From positions 174,597,727 through 174,661,726 of the forward strand of contig NC_068982.1 of NCBI RefSeq assembly GCF_001194135.2: DNA of 64,000 bases, given 5' to 3'. The first letter of the stretch is position 1. Each line of letters starts with the position of its first letter. Below are positions 10,498 to 20,315 of this stretch, in pieces. Position numbers and translations under genes: made by a program. This DNA comes from Octopus bimaculoides. Lineage: Eukaryota. Below the pieces are notes generated by a model. The model did not search any database. It saw nothing but the letters and a program-made list of their open reading frames with translations, and was not told the DNA's origin.

Positions 10498-11515
10498 TAC
10501 TGAACCACAAAAGAAACATCACACACATACTAAATAGAAACCGGTTTATTAACAGACTGCCATAGCATCGATTGAAGAGTGCTAATTAAGAAACCGTTCT
10601 TTCCTAATGCTAAAACATCATTTCCTGAAACATGTTTCACGTCACATGGTGTCATGTGATGATGGAGTGTCCTGGATCCAAAGAAATGAACTCAATATCT
10701 TGTGTGACCACTGTTAGCATCGATTACTACCAGGCGTCTTCAGTACATTGAATGCACCAAACGATTGATGAAGACCGTGGGGATAGCAGCCCACACTTTG
10801 TCAAAACTTGCAGTGAGTTGTGCCACAGTAGTCAGCCTTGGACGGATGTTGTTTAGCCTTCTTTGGATTTTATCTCACAGGTGCTCTATGAGGTTCAAGT
10901 CCAGACTTAGGGCAGACCATTGCAGTGTCTGGATATTGCGCTATTGAAGGAAGTTTGTTGTCAACCTGACGGCATGGCCACAGGTGTTGTTGTGTTGGAA
11001 CACATGATTCCAATGACGAGCAAAGTATGGTACAATGTGAGGCTTCAACACTTGGTTGGTGTAGCAAGAAGCAGTTACTCAATTGCTCCAGCCTTGACTG
11101 ATGTTTTGGAAGACCACTGGTTCAAGTTTCTGATTTCTGTCCTTCCCATGAGTCTCTCTCCACCACACAGCAATTGGCATGATGTTCACCCCTTCTTCAC
11201 ACATCTGCCACAGAAATGCAATGTTGACTTTCGTCAGAGAAGACTACAGTCCTCCACTGCTGATATCACCAGTTCTGACATTTTTGAGCTCACTGCAGAT
11301 GTGCTCATTGATGATGATATGTGAAGATGGGTACCCTAGCTGGGTACCCTAGATGGGTACCCTAGCTGGACGTTGACAAGATCTCCGCTGGCAGTGAATG
11401 GTCTCTGCACATATGGATCTGTGGTGAGTCCCTATGGTCTGCCTAGCTGATTTCGTTACTCTCTGGAATCAGTCCTGCAAGTACTGTCGGTGCAGGTGAT
11501 GATCTTGATGTGCTG
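10498..11515 (-). mobile_element. Decayed Tc1-family transposon (DDE transposase pseudogene plus one TIR)
   Basis: Minus-strand translation gives SARQTIGTHHRSICAETI (HTH), WRTVVFSDES, NQVLKPHIVPYF, FQHNN..GHAVRLTTNFL, WSALSLDLNLIEHL and VIDANSGHTRY* (stop 10692-10694); TIR-like TA|TACTGAACCACAAAAGAAAC at 10498; several stops and frameshifts. Confidence 0.85.
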
Positions 11516-11516
11516 T

Positions 11517-12165
11517 TGTAACTAAGGGCCTCTTCCTCGGAGAGGGCAGATTGTATGATGCTTGTGTACAAACAGCCATGCTACATGGCAATGAAACATG
11601 GGTTGTGACCACTGAGGACATGTGTAGGCTTGAAAGAAAAGCAGCTAGTATGCTTCACTGGGTGTGCATGTATGACAGAGAGTAAGTTTCTTGGAAGAAG
11701 CTGGGCATAAGAGGCATCAGATGTGTACAAGAGAGATGGCTGTACTGGTATGGTCATGTGATGTGTATGAACTAGGAGAGCTATGTAAAGAAGTGTCAGT
11801 CTCTAACTGTTTAGGGAACTTATGGAAAAAGGAAGACATGGGATGACGTGGTGAAACATGATTTTCAAAAGTTGGGCCTCATGGAAGTGATGACAAGGGA
11901 CCAAGACCTTTGGTGGTATGCTGTGCTTGAGAAGACATATCAACCCAAGTGAAACCGTAGTCATGACAGATGCCAGTATTATGTAACTGGTACATAAAAG
12001 CACCCAATACACTCTCGGAGTGGATGGTGTTGGAAGGGCTTACAGTCATGGAAACCATGTCAAATCAGAACTTGGTGCTGCTCTCTGGCTTACCAGTTTC
12101 AGTTAAACCATCTAATCCATGCCAACATGGAAAGCAGACATTAAATGGTGATGATGATGATGATA
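11517..12165 (+). mobile_element. 5'-truncated RTE LINE: ORF2 C-terminus plus 3' UTR
   Basis: VTKGL..GRLYDACVQTAMLHGNETW, LYWYGHVM, KTWDDVVKHDF..LGLMEVMTRDQDLWWYAVLEKT, continuing into repeat B and a (GAT)n tail. Confidence 0.85.
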
Positions 12166-12447
12166 TATATGATCCATACAAATGATAAAATCAAAACATC
12201 AATGTTTTAGTTTTATCTTATTTTATCAAGGTGTTTCATAATATGATATGAGATTCTTGCACTCCCTTTGAAGCAATAATGGTATGAAATCCATCTTCAG
12301 CATTTCTAGCTTTTCGTAGTCTCATCTTCAGGATGAAGTGATGTTTGAATATATTGCTACTTCTTTAAAATAGACAGGGCAATATGACTGATGGCCCTGC
12401 TCAGTATGTAGAAAAGGAGTAGGTAGTAACTCTATAANNNNNNNNNN

Positions 12448-12738
12448 AAACCATCTAATCCATGCCAACATGGAAAGCAGACATTAAATGGTGATGATGA
12501 TGATGATATATATGATCCATACAAATGATAAAATCAAAACATCAATGTTTTAGTTTTATCTTATTTTATCAAGGTGTTTCATAATATGATATGAGATTCT
12601 TGCACTCCCTTTGAAGCAATAATGGTATGAAATCCATCTTCAGCATTTCTAGCTTTTCGTAGTCTCATCTTCAGGATGAAGTGATGTTTGAATATATTGC
12701 TACTTCTTTAAAATAGACAGGGCAATATGACTGATGGC
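12448..12738 (+). other. Exact 291-bp duplicate of 12105-12395 between two gaps; probable assembly artefact
   Basis: No difference found by eye; bounded by a 10-N gap (12438-12447) and an 884-N gap (12739-13622). Confidence 0.8.
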
Positions 12739-13622
12739 NNNNNNNNNNNNNNNNNNNNNNNNNNNNNNNNNNNNNNNNNNNNNNNNNNNNNNNNNNNNNN
12801 NNNNNNNNNNNNNNNNNNNNNNNNNNNNNNNNNNNNNNNNNNNNNNNNNNNNNNNNNNNNNNNNNNNNNNNNNNNNNNNNNNNNNNNNNNNNNNNNNNNN
12901 NNNNNNNNNNNNNNNNNNNNNNNNNNNNNNNNNNNNNNNNNNNNNNNNNNNNNNNNNNNNNNNNNNNNNNNNNNNNNNNNNNNNNNNNNNNNNNNNNNNN
13001 NNNNNNNNNNNNNNNNNNNNNNNNNNNNNNNNNNNNNNNNNNNNNNNNNNNNNNNNNNNNNNNNNNNNNNNNNNNNNNNNNNNNNNNNNNNNNNNNNNNN
13101 NNNNNNNNNNNNNNNNNNNNNNNNNNNNNNNNNNNNNNNNNNNNNNNNNNNNNNNNNNNNNNNNNNNNNNNNNNNNNNNNNNNNNNNNNNNNNNNNNNNN
13201 NNNNNNNNNNNNNNNNNNNNNNNNNNNNNNNNNNNNNNNNNNNNNNNNNNNNNNNNNNNNNNNNNNNNNNNNNNNNNNNNNNNNNNNNNNNNNNNNNNNN
13301 NNNNNNNNNNNNNNNNNNNNNNNNNNNNNNNNNNNNNNNNNNNNNNNNNNNNNNNNNNNNNNNNNNNNNNNNNNNNNNNNNNNNNNNNNNNNNNNNNNNN
13401 NNNNNNNNNNNNNNNNNNNNNNNNNNNNNNNNNNNNNNNNNNNNNNNNNNNNNNNNNNNNNNNNNNNNNNNNNNNNNNNNNNNNNNNNNNNNNNNNNNNN
13501 NNNNNNNNNNNNNNNNNNNNNNNNNNNNNNNNNNNNNNNNNNNNNNNNNNNNNNNNNNNNNNNNNNNNNNNNNNNNNNNNNNNNNNNNNNNNNNNNNNNN
13601 NNNNNNNNNNNNNNNNNNNNNN
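12739..13622. other. Assembly gap (884 N)
   Basis: Run of N. Confidence 1.
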
Positions 13623-13870
13623 TGGCTTGTGCGGGTGGCACATAAAAGACACCATTTCGAGCGTGGCCGTTTTCGTGCGGGTGACACGTAAAAGCACCCA
13701 CTACACTCTCTGAGTGGTTGGCGTTAGGAAGGGCATCCAGCTGTAGAAACTCTGCCAAATCAGACTGGAGCCTGGTGTTGCCATCCGGTTTCACCAGTCC
13801 TCAGTCAAATCGTCCAACCCATGCTAGCATGGAAAGCGGACGTTAAACGATGATGATGATGATGATGATA
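13623..13870 (+). mobile_element. RTE 3' UTR copy (repeat B), young
   Basis: Near-identical to 2380-2675 and 53764-53959; (GAT)n tail. Confidence 0.9.
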
Positions 13871-14873
13871 GACATTACCAACAGAATTTGAATAATGATT
13901 GTTAGATTTATAGTCAGGTATAGATTTTTGTTTGTGATTCTTGTAGTTGTATGTACATTTTATCACTATCAATTGCTTCCATTATTAAATATATATTTCT
14001 GTAGATTGTGGACATGTTGTTGACTAATGTTTTCCTGTTGAGTTATATTATGTGTTGGTGGTGCAATGCATTGCAATTGCTTCTTACTGAAAGTGCATGG
14101 TGTATTGGAAAGAGAGCATCATACTTGTATGGCTATTATACCTTTCAGTCATAAACTTTACAACTTCCACATTTGTAAATGAATTTATTAACCACTCTGT
14201 TCACTTGACTCTTGTTCATGGTTTTACATGCCTGAGCTGCGTCGTTGATAAATAGGTTAATTTAATGCTTTTATAATATATTGTGTTGGTTTATGGTTTA
14301 GTGCAATGTTGTGTTTTATAAAATCTTTGATAATGCGTTTATCCTGTCTGTAGGTGATATACATTTGATTCATATAATGCACTTTGTGTGGTTCATGTAT
14401 TTTTAATTGGTGTATTTGTTGTATTGAATGTCATCCTGTGTTTTCCATTGCTTGGTCTGTTAAGTTTGTTACAAAAGCTATTGTCAATATGTGTTTGTTT
14501 TTTTTATTTTGTGGATTTCTTTATCTGTTGTTTTATTTGAAGAGGAGAATCTAAATGCTCTGTGTCATATATGTGTGAGTGTGTGTGTGTGTGCTTGCAT
14601 GAGTGAATATTTCTTTAACTTGTCTCAACATGTGAATGCTGACTATAAGCAAAGGTCACCATTAGTAAAATTGTTATCATTTGTTTACAGCCTTCATTGA
14701 AAGCATGGCCAAGTTGTTCATTGTTCAATAGATTAGGGGGAAATATTACTTTATTTGAAAGCAGGTGTTTCATAGTATTCGTAAGGCATCTAGTTGGCAG
14801 CGTAATTCTGGAGATGGATAGACTATCATGCAGTAGTTGTTCTGACACAGCTTTTTTGAGTATAAAATCCCAC

Positions 14874-15222
14874 TGGAGCACCGCCTTTAGTGAACAAATC
14901 AACACCAGGATTCATTCTTTGTAAGCCTAGTACTTATTCTATTGGACCCTTTTGCCGAACTGCTAAGTTACGGGGGATGTAAACACACCAGCATTGGTCA
15001 TCAAGTGAGGGTGGGGGACAAACACAGACACACAAACACACACACACACACACATATATGTGATGGGATTTTTTCAGTTTCTGTCTACCAAATCCACTCA
15101 CAAGGCTTTGGTCATCCCAAGGCTATAGTAGAAGACATTTGCCCAAGGTGCCATACAGTGAGACTGAACCCAGAACTGTGTGGTTGGTAAGCAAGCTACT
15201 TACCACACAGCCACTCTTGTGC
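14874..15222 (-). mobile_element. SINE A, near full length, CpG-decayed
   Basis: Aligns to 23958-24392 with many CpG to TpG/CpA changes. Confidence 0.85.
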
Positions 15223-15409
15223 CTACACACACACACACACATATACACATAGGTATGTGTTTACCAGTATATAATATATTCACACACACATATATATCAT
15301 GTGTATATCATCATCATCATCATTTTATGCCCACTCTCTATGCTAGCATGGGATAGCTAAGTCATCTCACTGGGTACCACATATGGAAGTTTAACTTAAT
15401 TCTTTTCTG

Positions 15410-15665
15410 TATACTGAGCAACACCTTAGCCTTTGCTAAGTTTACCTTTAGGCTTCTTGATTCTTGGTTTAGCTTCTATGCCTGGAATTTTTTCTAATTC
15501 CTCTATACATTCATCTTATAAGAACCAGGTCATCAATATATATATATATATATGAGTTCCTATGGATAGCCTCTCTTAAACTCCTCTATGATTATTTGTA
15601 GGACTATGAAGGCGGGAAAGGGCTCAGGGTCTGAGCCTTGATGAATCCCTACTTTCATGCTAAAT
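15410..15665 (-). mobile_element. RTE reverse-transcriptase fragment
   Basis: FSMKVGIHQGS....FIVLQIIIEEFKRGYP*EL[(TA)n]DDLVL, a decayed VGVHQGSVLSP...ELLYADDLVL. Confidence 0.75.
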
Positions 15666-15896
15666 TTGTATTTGTGTGTGTGTGTGTGTGTGGGTGGAGA
15701 ACTAACCTTCAGTCTAACTACAGCCACATTGTTCTGTATCAGTTAGTCATTGTTCTACATGTGCTAGTATGAATATATGGTTAGTGCTCTTGGCAATTTG
15801 TCATTAGTTTAACAAGGAAAGATTTGGAAATGTAATGGGTTAGTATAAAGTTCTGAATCAAACAAGGAAATTTTTTTGGAAACTTATCTAATGTAT

Positions 15897-15942
15897 CATG
15901 TCTCAGAATGTAACATGTCTCAGAATGTAACATGTCTCAGAA
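15897..15942. repeat. 17-bp tandem repeat x2.7 (CATGTCTCAGAATGTAA)
   Basis: Direct reading. Confidence 0.9.
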
Positions 15943-16134
15943 AAAACATGTTATTCTGAATCATATGACATAATGCCATGAATGTTATCAGTGTTTCAGA
16001 TCAAGAAAAATATCTCCTGCATTGGAGCACTTGGCATTAAAGCAGCTAACAATTATGTCGTGAAAGTGTGCCATGATCTGTAGAGATCATTGGGTGACCT
16101 TCTGTGATGTTTCCAAAGAAGTAGTTATCTCTAA

Positions 16135-16344
16135 CCTTTTAGCATTTAAACCACCATATTCAGCCCAAATATTTTACTTGTTTTAACTGACCAGATGCAG
16201 TCTTTCACATCTGGTCTACAATGTCTTTCTAAAAGTAAAAAATCGTATCATCAAAGTCTCAAAGCTACAAGGTAATGCGTGATCAATTCAAAGTAATTTG
16301 AATAAATAAGCATTACATGTGACAGAGTAATCTGAATCTAAGGG
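16135..16344. mobile_element. piggyBac-like MITE (about 210 bp)
   Basis: Ends CCTTTTAGCATTTA / GAATCTAAGGG, flanked by CTAA and TTCA (degenerate TTAA); second partial copy at 196-313. Confidence 0.55.
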
Positions 16345-17861
16345 TTCAGAGTTTGTGACACAAAATTAAAGAGAAAAATTGAAGTATTACAGTCAGTCAG
16401 GAGTTGTTTGATTGTTTGATTGCTGATGAAAAGTTTCTGAAAGAGTGAAAACAGGTGATGAAATGTAGGTGTATGAATGTGATGTCAGAACAAACTGCAG
16501 TTTTGTAGTATGATCATCACTGATGTATGAATGTCCCAAACTGTAGGCAACAGTTTTGGACCTTGGTATCTGAAATTTTGCAAAGGAGTACATCTTTACA
16601 AGGAAAAGGTTACATGCTGTATAAATATATATAAACATACACATTCACAAACACACATAACACTGCAAGCATAAGCATGCTCTGCTGGTAGATTTTAAAA
16701 GATTAATTTCTCTTTGAACAGGCCTTATATACATGTGCATATGAATGTGCATATATTAGAATCATCACACCTCTTTTCTGTTCTCCTTCAGTTTATAGGT
16801 GTCACTGTAGAGTCTTAGACTTGTAAGTTATCAGGCAATCTTCACTAGTGTTGGTATCATGATGTAAAAGCACTTAGTGAAGTGGGTGGCATTAGGAAGG
16901 GCATCTAGCCAGGTAAACCATGATAAAGTAAACATTACAGCAGGATGCTGTCCTTCAACTCATCAGATCCTGCTGAATCATCAGCTCCATGACAGCATAG
17001 AAGGTGAACTTTAAATGATGATGGTGATGATAATGATTATTATATATTTGTGTGTGTGTATGAATATTTTACATACAGCATCTTAATTGCAAACTACTTT
17101 ATGTTTCTTACCATGTATGGCCCAGCTTAGCTGAAGCTGTTACCATCTTACTATACAATCATCAGGAAACAAACCTGAGCTAAGCTGGGACAGATATCTT
17201 CCTCTCAACTTGAAACTTCAAGTAGTTTGTTGCTGTTAAGACACTATATAAAATATTAATAGCTCTCAACTGTATTGAGTAATGATTTGAAACTGTGGTC
17301 GTCCTAGTTCCCTCTTTATATTATTTCATATATGCGTGAGTGTTTGTGTTTTCTATGATTACATAACTCCTACACACATACATATATCAGAAGTTAATAG
17401 GAAATGAATAATGAAGATGGATATTTAAATTTTAAGATTAAGGTATCATGTGGTTGTATATTAAAATCCTCTGTTTATTTATGCCAACAAACTTAACTTT
17501 GACTAGATTAATAAATGCACTGGGACTTGGGTGAAGATAAGTATTTAAAACTTGGTAGCCAGATAACTAAAGAGCAGTGATGTGAAGGAAGAAGAATAGA
17601 TGAGCAGAGGAAATATTGTAGAGTTCCAGTGCATAAGTCCTTAAGGGTAGGTTCTTTTTCCAATATTTATTTTGTTTATCAATTTCCTTTTGCATCTATG
17701 TACCAACACGTCAATGAATATTGGTTTGTTGAGCAAAAGTACTTACAACACATACATAATGCCATTTGATGTTTCATGTTCTCTTGATACTTTCATTAGC
17801 ATTGACCCAGTCATTGAAACCTTAGTTTGCCAGGGTCACTGGAAATATCTGTTATCTGTTA

Positions 17862-18076
17862 TGGGGACATAAACACACCAGCAATGATTGTCAAGTGGTG
17901 GTGGGGTGCAAACATAGACACAGACACACATATACAATGAGCTTTCAGTTTCCATCTACCAAATCTACTCACAAGGCTTTGGTTAGCCCAAGGCTGTAGT
18001 AAAAGAGGTGCCAATCAGTGGAACTGAACCTGGAACCATGTACTTGGGAAGCAGGCTTCTTACCATACAGCCATAT
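17862..18076 (-). mobile_element. SINE A, internally deleted
   Basis: GGGGACATAAACACACCAGC...TTTCAGTTTCCATCTACCAAATC...CTTACCATACAGCC. Confidence 0.8.
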
Positions 18077-18240
18077 ACATCTTAAATATAATCATTTCCT
18101 TTCACTAGTTTTTCACCATCAGCCAACTTTCTCTCAGAAGCATCTCCTCTGTACATTATCTAATGGTAATCATTGAATTTCCAAATCTATAATGTTTCTT
18201 TGAGTTCAAAATCATTGTTTATTGTATTTCTCATTCTCAC

Positions 18241-18324
18241 CCAATATTTGTACATATTAGGAGCGTTTGGAAGAAGCCATTCTTCAGTGTCTTTACTAAA
18301 TCCACAATAATACAGAAGTCTATT
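18241..18324 (-). CDS. Candidate exon, product unknown (NRLLYYCGFSKDTEEWLLPNAPNMYKYW)
   Basis: CCACCTTTTACATGTGATACAG acceptor and TGG|GTGAGA donor; 84 nt, phase 0 to 0; protein-like composition; no family recognised with confidence. Confidence 0.3.
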
Positions 18325-18998
18325 CTGTATCACATGTAAAAGGTGGAATATACTGTAGTTTCTCAATTACATTTGGTTGGACTACTATATTGCATTTAGT
18401 GTTGGTAGTTGATAGTTGCTGATGGAAAGCATTATGCTACAAGTTCTCCACTAGATTAAATTTCTCTATATCTACTTCACAAATCATGTTATTTGTTGTG
18501 TTTTAACCAGATTGGTAGCTATATGATAAGTTACTTGATTGTTCTTTCTTCTTACATATTCACTTTGAGAAAACTTTATCAAGAAATCAAAACAGGAAAA
18601 AAAAAAAAATCCAATAATAATAATTTCTCACATATATAATCAATAATAATTTCTCACATTTTAACATTTCTTTAAAAGAAAAGTGTGAAAGAACTTTTAT
18701 CTACAGTAAAAATCCATTATTATTTGTTCATGGCAAAATATTGATCAAATAGAATTTGAATAAATTCCAATAAATTAATTAAACAGCTTACAGAATATAG
18801 GAGTTTGAAGATCGATTTTGTCTAAATTTGAATCACTGTTAATTATTGTTTAAAGTTATCCACAATGTTAACAGTATCTATAAATTCAAATATTTAGTTT
18901 ATTGATTATAATGAAAGTTATAAAAAAAAAATTCAACTGGGAATAAAAGTCTACTATTTTGATTGTGTCTAGTTGAGACATCTTACTTTTTAATTGCA

Positions 18999-19046
<48 letters not shown>

Positions 19047-19052
<6 letters not shown>

Positions 19053-19381
19053 ACACAAATAGGGTTTAAAGTTTACTACAGCTGTTTCAGTTGAATTTTA
19101 TTGATGCATTAATAGATTACATCGTAGCATAAATCTATCTTCTTCAGGTAAAATTTTAAACAGGTATAAACATTGATGGTGCCTTATCCAACAGCCAGCA
19201 TGATGAATAAATGATATTTTAAAAAGAAGTTGGTTGTTGAATAGGCCACCCTCAATGTTTATACATGTTTAGAATTTTACCTGAGGATGGTGGATTTATG
19301 CTATGACATCATCTATGAATGCATCAATAAAATACTATCAAAATAGCTGTTGTAAATTTTAAACCCCATTTGTGTTATTCT
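19047..19381. mobile_element. Penelope-like inverted-repeat element (family 2)
   Basis: 153-bp inverted arms (19047-19199 / 19229-19381, about 83% identical by hand count) and a 29-nt spacer, next to (TA)n(GA)n; each arm has a hammerhead core. Confidence 0.7.
19065..19160 (-). ncRNA. Type I hammerhead ribozyme with extended helix II (family 2)
   Basis: UUUAC-CUGAAGA-[AG...AUAGAUU/AAUCUAU hairpin...CU]-GAAA-C(AGCU)G-UA|GUAAA; intact core, palindromic ACAGCUGU helix III, helix I of 5+3 bp. Confidence 0.65.
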
Positions 19382-19679
19382 TTTTATACCCATGCCACAC
19401 CTGGAACCAGCCCTGAGTTGGATCTCTGGTTTATATTGTTTGCAGTACATTACTAACATATGACACCTAATGGTTGTTTTTACCTTACTATGAACTCAAT
19501 GTTATGGTACCTAGCTTGTCCTGGTGTTCTATGTGTTGATGTGCCTAGATTCTAATGAATATTATAATCTCTCTCTCTCTGTCTCTGCCTCTCTCTCAAA
19601 TTCTAACCTTTCATCCTCTGACACAAGTCTCCCTCCTCAAACGCCCCTGCTTCCCTTATAATTCCTTGTCTTGCGTATT

Positions 19680-19985
19680 ACATGGTCACCTGCCAGTGCT
19701 GGTGCCACGTAAAAAGCATCCAGTCCACACTGTAAAGTGGATGGCATTTGGAAGGGCATCCAACTGTAAAAATCATGCCAAAACTAATCTCGTCTGTGCT
19801 AGGGCCACATAAAAAGCACTGAGTCCACTCTGCAGAGTGGTTGGTGCTAGGAAGGGCATCCAGTAGTAAAATCCCTGCCAAAACAGACACAGTAACGTAG
19901 AATACTTTTCTACCTGGCCGGCTCCTGTCAACCGTCCTACCCATGCATGCATGGAAGATGGATGTTAAATGATGATGATGATGTA
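19680..19985 (+). mobile_element. Repeat B variant with internal duplication
   Basis: Two consecutive AAAAAGCA...AGTGG.TGG...GGAAGGGCATCCA units, then CATGGAAGATGGATGTTAAAT(GAT)n. Confidence 0.75.
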
Positions 19986-20208
19986 TATATTCAGAGTTCC
20001 TACCCATCAAATAAGAACTTAGATCATTTCAACGCACCCATTTCATGCCAACATGGAAAACTGATGTAAACGGGGAAAGCAGATGTAAAAATGATGCTGA
20101 TTATCATGATCATAATGATCGTCATCAACATCATTCCATCAACAAGGAAGACCATTGTTGTTTAGATTCAGAGTCCCAGAGATAGCTTTTGCTAAGAGAC
20201 ACAATCAC

Positions 20209-20315
20209 CTCCATCACTGAACTGTGTGTAATGTCCATGCACATTGTTTAAAGAGAGAAGTTGTCCTTCAAAGGCAAAATACAGCAATGAATGGTAATAT
20301 TCACATTCAAATTTG
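20209..20315 (-). CDS. Candidate exon, product unknown (xKFECEYYHSLLYFAFEGQLLSLNNVHGHYTQFSDGx)
   Basis: CATTTTTAATGTATTCCAG acceptor and GGAG|GTGATT donor; 107 nt, phase 2 to 1; only one frame is open. Confidence 0.35.

Noticed and set aside
10920-11324. 134-aa plus-strand ORF
   Set aside because: It is the antisense frame of the decayed Tc1 transposase
17747-17838. Minus-strand AG...GTAAGT segment
   Set aside because: All frames contain stops unless it is a start exon; weak acceptor
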